Positions 38,527-49,004 are shown, numbered from the whole stretch's first letter. The stretch is 63,699 nucleotides of DNA, filler included, from an uncultured bacterium (GCA_964448115.1; 3 parts of 3 records of this genome joined end to end with filler, not necessarily neighbours in it); one strand, 5' to 3'. Notes: generated by a model from the sequence alone, not told the origin. Translations and numbers: made by a program.

Positions 38527-38581
38527 CTGTGATTCAGACAGTAATTTTGTGGCTATTAGGCTCCTGATTTATCAGGGGCTC
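38527..38581 (+). mobile_element. Probable IS end at contig break (copy 2)
   Basis: Shares 22 identical bp with 10245-10266. The contig ends 55 bp after the repeat begins. Confidence 0.5.
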
Positions 38582-38681
38582 NNNNNNNNNNNNNNNNNNN
38601 NNNNNNNNNNNNNNNNNNNNNNNNNTTAATTAATTAANNNNNNNNNNNNNNNNNNNNNNNNNNNNNNNNNNNNNNNNNNNN
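38582..38681. other. Artificial contig linker N44-TTAATTAATTAA-N44
   Basis: Spacer at 38626-38637. Confidence 0.97.
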
Positions 38682-38701
38682 AAACTCTATTCGCTTTAAG
38701 G

Positions 38702-39610
38702 TTATCTGGATAACCGCGGTCTTTTGTTCCCCGGCGGCGCTAATCTAGGGGATCTTAGGCTTCCTGAGATGCTGAGAAGATACTTTCCCTGCGCCACCTT
38801 GTAAGGCTCAGCCAATGGAAGCAAGGGCTGTAGCTCATTGGCAATCGGCTCAAGGGCGGTAATCTGCAAGTTTCCACCTAGCATAGAATCATGGAGGTTT
38901 TCCTCGAGCTGCATGGTCAAGGCTCCCTTGAGGGACAAAACATCGCTATCCAGGTTTAGATTCAAGGTGCGAAGTATCCCTTTACTAAGTGAAAAATTTA
39001 TCGAGTCCGATCTGAAGGAGACATCCTCCAGCCCAACAAGAAAAAGGTTTAGCCTATCCAGGGAACAATTCTCAAACCTCAGCCTGACTTTGCCTTCCAG
39101 GGATTTTATATCATCGAGATCACCAGCAAGCTCCACGCTGCCGCTGATACTCCCCTTCAGACCCTCCGCAATGCCATCAACCAGACCTTCAAGCAACTGT
39201 AAGGATACATGGATGTCATCCGCCCGAAGGTCGATAAGTCTTGTCTTGGGAGCGAAATTAAGACTACCGTTTCCACTAATATCCGAGCCTTTAACCTTGA
39301 AATCAAGCTCAATCCTTTTTTTCATTAGCTCCATCCATGCTGGATTAATATTGACCTTTTGAAATTTGATGCTGACCGGATTGCCCTGGTGATAAATAAG
39401 AACCGGCATATTGCTCAGCGTTATGTTGCCGCCTAATGAAATGCTCAAAGCAGGCTTGCTGGTTATCGCTACCTGCCCCTTGAGGTTCTTATTAACCTGT
39501 TCTTGTATTAGTTCACCCCAAGGGTATCTGTGTGCGATCAACACGACCGCGAGAACCAGGGCATATAAAATAACCAGAATATTTATTGTACGCTCTCTCA
39601 AGGGCTGCAA
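38702..39610 (-). CDS. Type II secretion protein GspN-like (AsmA-like beta-taco)
   Basis: N-terminal TM then RYP, a beta-rich body and C-terminal ISGSLRSPR. Confidence 0.6.
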   Translation of the reverse strand: MQPLRERTINILVILYALVLAVVLIAHRYPWGELIQEQVNKNLKGQVAITSKPALSISLGGNITLSNMPVLIYHQGNPVSIKFQKVNINPAWMELMKKRIELDFKVKGSDISGNGSLNFAPKTRLIDLRADDIHVSLQLLEGLVDGIAEGLKGSISGSVELAGDLDDIKSLEGKVRLRFENCSLDRLNLFLVGLEDVSFRSDSINFSLSKGILRTLNLNLDSDVLSLKGALTMQLEENLHDSMLGGNLQITALEPIANELQPLLPLAEPYKVAQGKYLLSISGSLRSPRLAPPGNKRPRLSR

Positions 39611-39635
39611 AAGATCTTGCGGATGATTGACACCG

Positions 39636-40499
39636 TTAAATCAATGTCTCCTGGAACCACTTTTTCATCTCGACAAAGACCAGCTCCTGCTCGTAGTCTC
39701 CCATCAATGAATGTCCGGAGTTCTTGACCGTGATCAGTTTTTTCTTCTCTGAAGCCAGGCGGTTATAGACCTCCCTGGAATGCTCCGGCTTGACCACTTG
39801 ATCCCCCAAAGCCACGAAGACAGCCACCGGGTTATTAACTTGTCTTGCATACTCGCGGTTATCCACTATATTAGCCACATAGCGGTAGTTCTCAATCGAT
39901 ATGGTATCGAGCAGTAGCTTCTTTGCTCTTGCCTCCTTGGCAGCCTGAGGATTAAGAAAGATATCCTCGTAATTGACCCTGTAAGGCAATTGGATATGCC
40001 TTTTCATCAGCTTGGCAGCTGGTCGCGAGAGGTAATATGCGATGGTATAGGCGATGAACTCCAGCGGTTTCAGGTCCTGCTTCAGCCATCCTACAGGTGC
40101 GAAAAGACAGGCAGAGGCTAGGTTGGGTTCGATTGCCATGAGCCTGAGCACGGCAGCAGTACCCAGGCTATGCCCAACTGCACCTATCCTTTTTTGATCG
40201 GTTAGGCTGTGATCCCTGAGTGTCTCATAAGCCCTGGTGATATCCTCCAGGTGCTGGACTGCATCGACGAAGCCCTTCTCTCCTTTGCTCTTTCCGTGCC
40301 CCCTGAAGTCGAACTCCAAGGTTATGTATCCTTCATCTGCCAGCCTATCTGGAAAATTATTGAATTCCTCCTTACAGGATGCGAAGCCGTGTGCGAACAG
40401 AACCGCCGGCAGCTTCCCCTTGGCTTCCTTGGGGTAATTGAGTATTCCATGCAGCGCAACCTCGCCGGAGCGGAACCAGATCTCTTCCCTGTGTGCCAT
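39636..40499 (-). CDS. Alpha/beta hydrolase
   Basis: AHGF, DFRGHGKSKG, GHSLG nucleophile, DQVV, GH. Confidence 0.92.
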   Translation of the reverse strand: MAHREEIWFRSGEVALHGILNYPKEAKGKLPAVLFAHGFASCKEEFNNFPDRLADEGYITLEFDFRGHGKSKGEKGFVDAVQHLEDITRAYETLRDHSLTDQKRIGAVGHSLGTAAVLRLMAIEPNLASACLFAPVGWLKQDLKPLEFIAYTIAYYLSRPAAKLMKRHIQLPYRVNYEDIFLNPQAAKEARAKKLLLDTISIENYRYVANIVDNREYARQVNNPVAVFVALGDQVVKPEHSREVYNRLASEKKKLITVKNSGHSLMGDYEQELVFVEMKKWFQETLI

Positions 40500-40622
40500 C
40501 TCTGATTCTCCTTTTATAAGTTCGAGTTAAACATCAAAACTGGATGCATGTTAATATATTCACAATTTGCCTACAAATCAAAGTGCACGAGGCATCAGGA
40601 TGGGTTGGCGATCTAATACAGA

Positions 40623-42002
40623 CTACGGATGAACTGTTAATAGTGCCCTTTTTATAGCCTTTACTATGAGATCGATCTCGCCGGTTGAAATAATGAGTGG
40701 GGGTGCGCTAAAGATGACATTGTTGAACCCGGGAACACATCGGTTCATCTTGCCGATGATAACGCCTTGCTTAAAAGCCTCTCCAACTATTCTTGATACC
40801 AGCTTTTCATCAACCGGCTTCTTACTTGTCTTGTCCTCCACCAGTTCCAAACCGACCAGAAGTCCCTTGCCCCGCGCCTCGCCGACCAGCGGGTGATCCG
40901 ATAGTTCCCTCAGTCGCTTAAGGAAATAATGACCCATTTTTTCCGCTCTATCCACAAGGCGTTCATTTTCAATGATCTCGATATTCTTTAGGGCTACCGC
41001 AGCCGAGGCAGCGCACCCGCCGAAGGTGTTTATATGCCTTAAGTAACCTATCTTATCCGAGGGGTCATTGAGGAAGGCATTGAAGATCTCTTCGGTAACA
41101 GAGGTAACTCCCAGGGGAGCATATCCGCTGGTGATGCCCTTTGCCATTGTAACCATGTCAGGCTTGACATCCCAATGCTGGTGTCCGAACATTCTGCCAG
41201 TGCGCCCGAAGCCGTTGACCACCTCGTCCATGATGACCAGGATCTCGTATTTTCGGCAGATCTCAAAGAGGATCTTGAAGTAATCATCATGGGGAACGAT
41301 GATACCACCGCCGGCGGTGATCGGTTCCACTATGATGGCTGCAATGCTGTCCGCGCCCTCGTATTCGATTAGGTGCTCAAGGGATCTAGCGCAGTCGAGG
41401 TCGCAGTTGTGTGCCTCCTTCCCGAAGTAACAACGATAGCAATAGGCAGGGGGTATGGCTCTGAAGCCGGGTACCATCGGTCCGTACCCCACCCTTCGCT
41501 CGCTCTGCCCGGTGGCGCTGAGCGCTCCAAATGTGGTGCCATGATAGTCCCGATACCGAAACACGATGAGGTTTTTATCAATTGCAGGATACCTGAGCCT
41601 GAAGTACTGGCGCACCATCTTGAAGGCGGTCTCATTCGCCTCGGAGCCGCTGTTTGCATAGTAGCTGCGCTTCAGGTGCGGCATGAGCTGGCTCAGTTTA
41701 TCTGCCAACAGGAGGCTCGGTATGTTACCCGCACTCATGGCATAGTAAGGGATCTGCATTAACTGCTCGTAACATGCTTTGGCTAGCTCCTCTCTGCCGT
41801 AGCCTGCATTTACCACCCATACCCCACCGGATAATCCATCAATATATTCGTTACCGTGAATATCCTTGACCATGCATCCTTTGCCGGAGACAGCGATGAA
41901 GGGATCTTGTTCCTCGAATATCTTGTGCTGAACTATATGGTGCCACAGGTGCGATCTGTCCAGTTGGATCATATCTCGGGTCCTTTTATCATCAGGCATC
42001 AC
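40623..42002 (-). CDS. Class III PLP aminotransferase (taurine-pyruvate/omega-amino acid aminotransferase-like)
   Basis: HLWHH, SGSEANE, YHGTT, DEVVNGFGRTG, MAKGITSGY, TFGG. Confidence 0.88.
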   Translation of the reverse strand: MMPDDKRTRDMIQLDRSHLWHHIVQHKIFEEQDPFIAVSGKGCMVKDIHGNEYIDGLSGGVWVVNAGYGREELAKACYEQLMQIPYYAMSAGNIPSLLLADKLSQLMPHLKRSYYANSGSEANETAFKMVRQYFRLRYPAIDKNLIVFRYRDYHGTTFGALSATGQSERRVGYGPMVPGFRAIPPAYCYRCYFGKEAHNCDLDCARSLEHLIEYEGADSIAAIIVEPITAGGGIIVPHDDYFKILFEICRKYEILVIMDEVVNGFGRTGRMFGHQHWDVKPDMVTMAKGITSGYAPLGVTSVTEEIFNAFLNDPSDKIGYLRHINTFGGCAASAAVALKNIEIIENERLVDRAEKMGHYFLKRLRELSDHPLVGEARGKGLLVGLELVEDKTSKKPVDEKLVSRIVGEAFKQGVIIGKMNRCVPGFNNVIFSAPPLIISTGEIDLIVKAIKRALLTVHP

Positions 42003-42258
42003 GAAACCCCCTTAAATTCTGGATTCAGGATACAATGTCTTATCTTATAAACCGAGAGAAAAGTCAACCGTGCCATTTAGGCAGCGGAATTGCTCCAAAG
42101 GATAAGCCGCTTCAATGCCTTTTTCAGTTAAGCCAGTCAAATATACGAAAATATTGATGCTATTATTATGCTTATAGAATATCTAAATAATATTTATGTT
42201 ATTTTGCTTATTATTTATTCTACTATTCTATTTTTTGTCTATTATAGCTTTCCAAAAA

Positions 42259-42274
42259 TGTTCCATGTGGAACA
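42259..42274. promoter_or_regulatory. parS-like site TGTTCCATGTGGAACA
   Basis: Within the extended palindrome AAAATGTTCCATGTGGAACATTTT (42255-42278) in an AT-rich intergenic region. Confidence 0.75.
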
Positions 42275-42461
42275 TTTTACGAATTTATGGGATCCCCGTA
42301 TGCAGGCCAGGAAGTTAATTCGTATATTACAAGCAAGCTGTAGCGATTTTGCCTTATAGTTTTTTCGCATTTCGCATTAGCTTAGCATACAAAATGAGAT
42401 CCCCGACAAATCGAGGATCCCATCTCGGCTAAGTTCCATGCCACGCGAGGTATGAACGCGG

Positions 42462-43586
42462 CTAGATGAATATGATATACGCTGGGGGTAAGCCGACATC
42501 GATAAGCTCCGCATAGACCAGCTCATCGGTGGCGGGATCGATAATGCCCACGCCAGGAGCGATATAGTCTTGATCCCCGAAGTAAACCATCCCATCAGGC
42601 TCAGCGGCTATGGTGGGAATGAAGCCTGTCTGCGAGATATAGACCTCATCACCCAGCTCGCCTGTCTTTACATCGAAGGCATATACATGATTCATCCACG
42701 AGAGATCCTGGGTTACCATGTACCCCTTGTCAGCAGAGGCGAGGGCTATCTGCGTGATATCATGTCCCACCTGTTGTTCGCTTACAAGCGCGCCGAGCGA
42801 GGTGATAGCCGCCCCTTCAGTGATGCTTATCTCCTCGATAGCGCCATCCAGGGCGCCCCAAACGCCAGTACAGGCGACCAGGAAGCGACTGCCCCTACCT
42901 GCACCGGGAACCTCGATTAGCGGGCTTACCGGGTTAGTGAAGGCAAGCGTAAAATCGCCGAAAATGCTATCGCTTGCCGTGTCAATGACCACGATGTAGC
43001 TCTCCCCCACCGGCTCCCATGTTGTCAAGGTATCCAGTCGTTGAAGCAGCAGGTAATAATACCCGCCAACCAGCACCCCCTGTGCCGCCTCTGGCGAGCC
43101 ATCCTCGTCCGCATAAGCTGACAGGTCTATCCTGCCTAGCTCCTCTCCGCTCTGAGGGTTAACTACCAGGAGATAAGGCGCCTGGTTGAGTGATATATAC
43201 GCCTTGCCGTCGCTGATAAAATCGATGTCCTGCGGGTTGGTGCCGTTGCCGGTCGAGAACTGTAAAATCGTGTTGTAACCATCCTCTGGATCGAGCACCT
43301 GTATATTATCGTAGGTAAAGCGGTTGATCACATAGATCTTACCATCATAGTAAACCGCGGTTGCATCCGGGCTTACCGAGCCGATGTTCTTCACAACCTC
43401 GTGAGTCAAGCGGTCTATGGTAGAGAATGAACCTACTCCAGATGCGAAGTCGGCGGTTACCACGAAAGCCAGGTTGTAACTTTTGGTCTCCTTCTTATCA
43501 TCATCGCTCTTGTCGCAGCCGATGAATGCTGTGGCTACATAAATCATCGAAAGCAGACATACCATCAGTGTAAGGCTTCTTGCCAT
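42462..43586 (-). CDS. Beta-propeller lipoprotein, probable cobalamin-capture partner of the TonB receptor
   Basis: FIG-C lipobox, NPQDI, KAYIS. Directly downstream of the btuB-like gene. Confidence 0.7.
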   Translation of the reverse strand: MARSLTLMVCLLSMIYVATAFIGCDKSDDDKKETKSYNLAFVVTADFASGVGSFSTIDRLTHEVVKNIGSVSPDATAVYYDGKIYVINRFTYDNIQVLDPEDGYNTILQFSTGNGTNPQDIDFISDGKAYISLNQAPYLLVVNPQSGEELGRIDLSAYADEDGSPEAAQGVLVGGYYYLLLQRLDTLTTWEPVGESYIVVIDTASDSIFGDFTLAFTNPVSPLIEVPGAGRGSRFLVACTGVWGALDGAIEEISITEGAAITSLGALVSEQQVGHDITQIALASADKGYMVTQDLSWMNHVYAFDVKTGELGDEVYISQTGFIPTIAAEPDGMVYFGDQDYIAPGVGIIDPATDELVYAELIDVGLPPAYIIFI

Positions 43587-43613
43587 AGTAGTTTCTCCTT
43601 ATTTCCTAAGGGG

Positions 43614-45737
43614 TTAAAGCCTAAAGGCTATTGTGCCAAAGAACCATCGCCCAGGAAGCGGGTAGCCGGCTACATCGCTCACTCGATTATCGGTGAGATT
43701 CTTTACTTCCAGGGTTATTGAAAAGCCCGTATTTGGCGGGCTAATCGTCATGCCAATGCCGTGGATATAACTGTTGTCAATCAAAACCAGGTTTGCCCGG
43801 TCCAGGTAGTTACCGGCGATGAATGTAAAGTCATAATATATCTCCAACCAGGGAGCTAGGCTAGCTCTGGTGCAGTTATATAGGTTATGAGCTGGTCTGC
43901 CGGGGAGCTGATTCCCCCTGGAATAAGTTACCTCGCTGACATCGCGGGCATCCTGATAGGTGTAATTTCCATAAAGCCTGAAATGCTTGTTTATCTTCAA
44001 TGACCAGGAGAGCTCGTGCCCCTGCATGTTCGATGCTCCGATATTGACCGCAATATTGGTGCGCTGCGAGTTCTGCACGAAGGCTATCAAGTCCTCTGCA
44101 TCTATATAATAGAAACAATACTCCAGGTTGAAGGAATGGAAGATACCCATTTTATCGATATCGAGTACAAATCCGATATCCCGATTCAGGCTGGTCTCGG
44201 CAGCGAGGCTAGGATTACCCTTCGTATAGCCGTTGTTCCCGTAAAGCTCAAGCAAAGAGGGAAAGCGGTAGTATCGTCCAATATTGCCCTTTAATTGCAG
44301 ACTCTCGCTTAATCGATACTTGAATCCTAATGATGGGGTGAAGGCGCGCTGTAGATCATCTACAAGGTTGGATGTGGATGCAAGCAGACCCGACGTCTTG
44401 CCCGATGAATATTGGCTTTGTTGATAACGAACAATGACATCGAGCTTAAACCTCCCCGCAGCAGCATAAAGCGTATCGCTTATCGCAGAGGATATTATCG
44501 TGCGATCTTGCCTGGGTATATCGTTGCTATGGTTTATGCGATCGCTTGCGCGAAAGCTTTGTAACTGCACCTGAGAGGATAGACCCAGGATCTGCTTCCA
44601 GGCAGGGATGGGATACTCAATTAGCAAGCTAATGCCGAGTGTCCCTGCCTTGCTCGCCTGGTCTTGTGCTCCAAGACCGATCTCGTTGTATGCATCCTTG
44701 AAATGGTGCCTTTGCATGTTATACGATAGGGATAGCTTGTGGCGCAGAGTCGAACTTTCATCGTATCCGCGCTCCCAGCAGAGATTGGAGAAACTGTAGT
44801 CGCTGGCGTATGAGGCATTGCTCGACTGGTAATAGCCTAATCCAGGAACCCCTTGCTTGCTTGTTATATAGTTCTCGGCAAGGCTGAGATTCCCCCATGC
44901 GGTATCGACCTCCGCCTTTAGCGCCATGCCCCATCGTCCCAGATGGTTGTTTATTCGTCTTACCGTGCGATCATCATCAGTATTGAAATCGGTGCCGTTG
45001 TCATCGATATACTCAAAGTCCCCTTTACTGTTCAGGTGGTTTCCATAAACGGTGAACCTGAAGTTATTGATGCTTCTCTTGTAGATAGCACTGAAATTAA
45101 GTGTGCTGAAAGATCCCAAGCCAATCTGCGCCTTGAGATCCTCCTCGCCGCTTTGGTGGGTTACCAGGTTGACCGCTCCGCCCAGATTGCCGCCGCCAAG
45201 ATAAAACGGAGAGTTACCTCGATAGACCTCTATGCGCTGTAGGCTGCCAACTGGAATATCTCCCAGGTTGACAGTGGGCAACTGGGGTGGATTTATCAGG
45301 ATTCCATCAAGATAAACATCGACCTGGCTTGAGGTAAAGCCGCGGATGCTTATGGTAGAAAAAGCCCCCAAGCCACCGTAACTCTTTACATTAACTCCCG
45401 CTTGTCGAGCCAGGATCTCAGGAACCTGGTCAGCCTTGGAACGCTCATCGTCCAGTTCAATTATGGTGACGAAGGCTGTAGATTTGTCGGCATTTTCATC
45501 ATCGTCCGGCGCATCTTCTACTACCTCGATGTTGTGGTAGTAAGCCTGGGAATCATCCGCCTTAGTCTGCTTAGTCTTGGCTCTATCGCATGAGTCATCG
45601 GTATTGGAGCCGTAAGCTGGCAAGGATACTATGATCGTTGACAATAAGAGGGTGATGAGCAATAAAGATGGTTGAAGAATATCACGAACTAGCTGCCTGT
45701 TGGGCGATATTGTAATCGCCGTATCATTTAGCTTCAC
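43614..45737 (-). CDS. btuB: TonB-dependent receptor, probably for cobalamin
   Basis: Plug motifs SIRG, VYLDG, RIEVYRG, GGAVNLVT. GNPSL..E, NLTD, YPLPGR and terminal FRL. Lies under a cobalamin riboswitch. Confidence 0.85.
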   Translation of the reverse strand: MKLNDTAITISPNRQLVRDILQPSLLLITLLLSTIIVSLPAYGSNTDDSCDRAKTKQTKADDSQAYYHNIEVVEDAPDDDENADKSTAFVTIIELDDERSKADQVPEILARQAGVNVKSYGGLGAFSTISIRGFTSSQVDVYLDGILINPPQLPTVNLGDIPVGSLQRIEVYRGNSPFYLGGGNLGGAVNLVTHQSGEEDLKAQIGLGSFSTLNFSAIYKRSINNFRFTVYGNHLNSKGDFEYIDDNGTDFNTDDDRTVRRINNHLGRWGMALKAEVDTAWGNLSLAENYITSKQGVPGLGYYQSSNASYASDYSFSNLCWERGYDESSTLRHKLSLSYNMQRHHFKDAYNEIGLGAQDQASKAGTLGISLLIEYPIPAWKQILGLSSQVQLQSFRASDRINHSNDIPRQDRTIISSAISDTLYAAAGRFKLDVIVRYQQSQYSSGKTSGLLASTSNLVDDLQRAFTPSLGFKYRLSESLQLKGNIGRYYRFPSLLELYGNNGYTKGNPSLAAETSLNRDIGFVLDIDKMGIFHSFNLEYCFYYIDAEDLIAFVQNSQRTNIAVNIGASNMQGHELSWSLKINKHFRLYGNYTYQDARDVSEVTYSRGNQLPGRPAHNLYNCTRASLAPWLEIYYDFTFIAGNYLDRANLVLIDNSYIHGIGMTISPPNTGFSITLEVKNLTDNRVSDVAGYPLPGRWFFGTIAFRL

Positions 45738-45767
45738 TATCTCGCTCCTCGAAGAATTGCGAAGCCT

Positions 45768-45928
45768 CTGCAGGCAGGTCTTCTGACTCCCGGATCATCC
45801 TACTTGCTGCGCCTTCCCAGGGTCTCCCCCAGTGGCATCATTGCAGCTTTCGTCCCCGGTTACAGCGGCGGGTCCGTGGTGGTATTTAACCATCTTCCCT
45901 TTTAATCCCACGCCTGGGAACCTGCAAA
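45768..45928 (-). ncRNA. Cobalamin (AdoCbl) riboswitch
   Basis: Minus strand reads GCAGGTT...AAAAGGGAAGATGGTTAAATACCACCACGGACCCGCCGCTGTAA...GCCACTG...GGGAAGG...GAGTCAGAAGACCTGCC, with all hallmark segments. Confidence 0.95.
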
Positions 45929-45950
45929 GCACGGTTTATTTAACAAGTGT

Positions 45951-45979
45951 AATATAAGTATTTGGCATTTGTTTGTCAA
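45951..45979 (-). promoter_or_regulatory. sigma70 promoter TTGACA-N17-TATATT driving the riboswitch-btuB transcript
   Basis: -35 at 45974-45979 and -10 at 45951-45956, just upstream of the riboswitch. Confidence 0.8.
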
Positions 45980-46111
45980 GGGGTAATTTCACCAGATGCT
46001 CCTGGAAGAAAAAAATCTTGGAGCGGAAGGAGTATATTAAAAATGTCTAACACGCCCCCAGTATGTCATTCCGATGCTTAAATGAATAATACTAGGCTTT
46101 GGGGAGGTGTC

Positions 46112-47077
46112 TCAGTTATATTTGCGGGCATGCTGCTTAAGGGCTTCCATGATGCTCTGCGACAGGCGAAGCGCTCGGATCGCATCCCATGCATCTACCG
46201 CCGGCTTTGCGTTATTCTTTACTGCCTCGATGAAGGATGATAATTCGAGTTTCAGCGGCTCCTCCTTCTCCGGCTCCACCTTTCGATAGTGTATGCCAGG
46301 CAAAAGGGGATGGGGCGCGCTTCCGGTAAACGGCTCCCTGCTGTAAAACTCGTAGTTTTGTCCCATGAAATCGAGTGAAATATATGCATTATCCTGGAAT
46401 ATGCGCACCTTGCGGAACTTCTTGGCGCTGACCCGACTGGCAGAGAGCACCGCAACGCAGCCGTTCTCGTACTCGAGGCGGACATTGGCAATGTCAACCT
46501 TGCCGGTGAGCACCGGCACGCCTACAGCGCGTATCTCCGAGACCGGATACGATAGCCAACTGGTAATCAAGTCAAGATCATGGATCATAAGCTCGCTTAT
46601 GACATCCATATCGGTTCCCCTGCCGGAAAAGACGCCGAGTCGCTCGGTCTCGATGTAGCGGGGATTATCTATCACCTCGCTTACCGCGATGATACCTGAG
46701 TTGAAACGCTCTATATGACCGACCTGCAGCACCAGGTTTTTCCCCTCTGCAAGCTTACCAAGTTCCTCCGCCTGCCGGATGGTGGAGCAGATCGGTTTCT
46801 CGACCAGCACATGAATGCCTCTCTTAAGGCAATCGAGCGCTATCTCATAGTGGGTTACCGTGGGAGTAACAATGCTTACCGCATCGACCCGCTCAATAAG
46901 CTCCCCATAGTCGCTATAGGGCACAGCGTTATACTTTTGTGCTATCTTGCCGGCGGTCTCGGCATCGACATCAGCCACACCTACCAGATCTGCCTCGGGT
47001 AGCTCAGAGTAAACCCGGGCATGTATGCTGCCCAGGTATCCAACACCGATGACACCGACTTTCACCATGTTACTCAT
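46112..47077 (-). CDS. Gfo/Idh/MocA oxidoreductase, GnnA-like (UDP-GlcNAc 3-dehydrogenase)
   Basis: GVGYLG, VEKP, VGHIERFN, LMIHDLD, ASRVS. Overlaps the lpxA stop. Confidence 0.8.
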   Translation of the reverse strand: MSNMVKVGVIGVGYLGSIHARVYSELPEADLVGVADVDAETAGKIAQKYNAVPYSDYGELIERVDAVSIVTPTVTHYEIALDCLKRGIHVLVEKPICSTIRQAEELGKLAEGKNLVLQVGHIERFNSGIIAVSEVIDNPRYIETERLGVFSGRGTDMDVISELMIHDLDLITSWLSYPVSEIRAVGVPVLTGKVDIANVRLEYENGCVAVLSASRVSAKKFRKVRIFQDNAYISLDFMGQNYEFYSREPFTGSAPHPLLPGIHYRKVEPEKEEPLKLELSSFIEAVKNNAKPAVDAWDAIRALRLSQSIMEALKQHARKYN

Positions 47078-47880
47078 AAATTGTCCCCGTCTCTCTCCAT
47101 CGCCCTAGGTACAATCCGTTTCTTGGTGGTTCGTATGAACTCTACGATCATCTTCACATGTTCATTACCGGGGAATCGTTGAAGGATGGTCTCAAGCGCA
47201 AGGTCGGTATTCCCTATTTGGCTGTAAAAGATCTCATACACCTCTTGCAGGGCTCTAATTTCGCCAGGTTTGAATCCGGATCGTCTCAAGCCGATGATAT
47301 TCACATTGTGATACCGGGCGCGATTACCCCAGACGGCACAGAAAGGGGGGACATCGTCATTGACCGCAGAGCAGCCGCCAATAAAGGCTCGGCAACCGAT
47401 ACGGTAGAACTGGTGGATAGCAGAGAGTCCCCCGATAGTGATATAATCTTCTACCAGGACATGACCGGCCATGGTAGCGCAGTTGGCAAAGATGTTGTTG
47501 TTCCCTACCAGGCAGTCGTGCGCAACATGGCAGTATGCCATGAAGAGGTTCTTACTGCCGATTACGGTCTTCTTATTCCCCTCCATGGTTCCGCGGTTTA
47601 CGGTGCAGAACTCGCGAAAGACATTGTCATCGCCGATTATAAGCTCGGTCAGCTCACCCTTGTATTTTAGATCCTGGGGCGGTCCTCCGAGACTGCAATA
47701 GTGAGAGATCTTGCAGCGATCTCCTATGCGGGTGGGACCCTCGATGATAGTGTGGTGTCCGATGACGGTGTTATTGCCTATGATCACATCGGCTCCGATG
47801 ATGCTATTAGCTCCGATCTTGACCTCAGAGCCAAGCTCAGCCTTTTTATCAACTATTGCTGTCGGATGAATCTCAATCAT
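47074..47880 (-). CDS. lpxA: UDP-N-acetylglucosamine acyltransferase
   Basis: IHPTAIV, PQDLKYKGE, RE..TVNRGT, HVAHDC, HQF. Confidence 0.95.
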   Translation of the reverse strand: MIEIHPTAIVDKKAELGSEVKIGANSIIGADVIIGNNTVIGHHTIIEGPTRIGDRCKISHYCSLGGPPQDLKYKGELTELIIGDDNVFREFCTVNRGTMEGNKKTVIGSKNLFMAYCHVAHDCLVGNNNIFANCATMAGHVLVEDYITIGGLSAIHQFYRIGCRAFIGGCSAVNDDVPPFCAVWGNRARYHNVNIIGLRRSGFKPGEIRALQEVYEIFYSQIGNTDLALETILQRFPGNEHVKMIVEFIRTTKKRIVPRAMERDGDNL

Positions 47881-47945
47881 GGTTAGATATCGATAATATA
47901 AAGTTTCTTGTATCTATTTCATCTATATTTAAATATGCTAAGATA

Positions 47946-49004
47946 TCACTGAACCACGGTATCATTGTTATTTTCTTTGTTAAGATTACCTTCCAATTTC
48001 TCGATTTTATTACTTAACTCGCGAAGTTTATTTATGAAATTTGGGAGTTGGTTTATGTAAGCCATCTGCCTTAGCCATTGGCTGTGCTCTATAGGGGGCA
48101 CGCCGGAGACGGTCTTGCCCTCCTCGATATCCTTTGTGATGCCGGCTCTGGCAGTCGCTATAACCCCGTCGCCTATCTTGACATGCCCCGCCACCCCGAC
48201 CTGCCCAGCAAGGGTTACATGCCTGCCCAGCTCGCTGCTGCCAGAGATGCCGACCTGAGCAACCAGCAAAGAGCCATCACCGATCTTGACATTGTGCGCG
48301 ATCTGCACCTGGTTGTCTATCTTGACTCCATTGCCGATGACCGTGCTGCCAGTGGTCGCTCGATCTATAGTAACACCGGCTCCGATCTCCACATCATCCC
48401 CGATCTCCACAGAGCCGACCTGCGGGATCTTCTGGTGCCTTGAGCCATCGAATACGAAGCCATATCCATCGGAGCCTATGACCGTGCCGCTGTGGATTAT
48501 GGCATTCTTGCCTATTTTTACCCTGTGATAGATGGAGACATTGGAGTAAATCACGGATCCGTCTCCGACCGAGCTCTCATCGCCGATATAGACATGGGGA
48601 TAGATGGTTACATTTTTGCCCAGGGTAACATTCACTCCACAGGCAACCAAAGGCATGATGCAACATCCCTTGCCTGCCTTGAAACCACTCCCATGAACAA
48701 AGGTCTCATGGATGCCGGGTTGGTGTTTTTTAGCAGGATTGAAAATAGCCAGCACCTTTGCAAAAGCTAGATATGGATTGGGGCACAAAAGCAGCGGAAT
48801 ATCGGTGTTCAATGACTCCTCGGAGGTAATGATAGCCGAGGCTTTGCACTCTTGCACATACGATTTGTACTTGGGATTGGCGATAAAGGTGATGTCACCA
48901 GGTTTCGCCTCGATTATCCCGCTGACCGAGGTGATCTCGACATCACCAGAGCCAATTACCGTACCGCCGACCATCTCGGCAAGTTTAGCCAGGGTGAATC
49001 TCAT
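47946..49004 (-). CDS. lpxD: UDP-3-O-acyl-glucosamine N-acyltransferase
   Basis: NPYLAF, GSDGYG, KIPQVG, TIDRAT, KIDNQVQIAHN. Confidence 0.96.
   Translation of the reverse strand: MRFTLAKLAEMVGGTVIGSGDVEITSVSGIIEAKPGDITFIANPKYKSYVQECKASAIITSEESLNTDIPLLLCPNPYLAFAKVLAIFNPAKKHQPGIHETFVHGSGFKAGKGCCIMPLVACGVNVTLGKNVTIYPHVYIGDESSVGDGSVIYSNVSIYHRVKIGKNAIIHSGTVIGSDGYGFVFDGSRHQKIPQVGSVEIGDDVEIGAGVTIDRATTGSTVIGNGVKIDNQVQIAHNVKIGDGSLLVAQVGISGSSELGRHVTLAGQVGVAGHVKIGDGVIATARAGITKDIEEGKTVSGVPPIEHSQWLRQMAYINQLPNFINKLRELSNKIEKLEGNLNKENNNDTVVQ

Noticed and set aside
47876-47970. ~30-codon ORF between lpxD and lpxA as a fabZ remnant
   Set aside because: No LPHRYP-like or other FabZ similarity.
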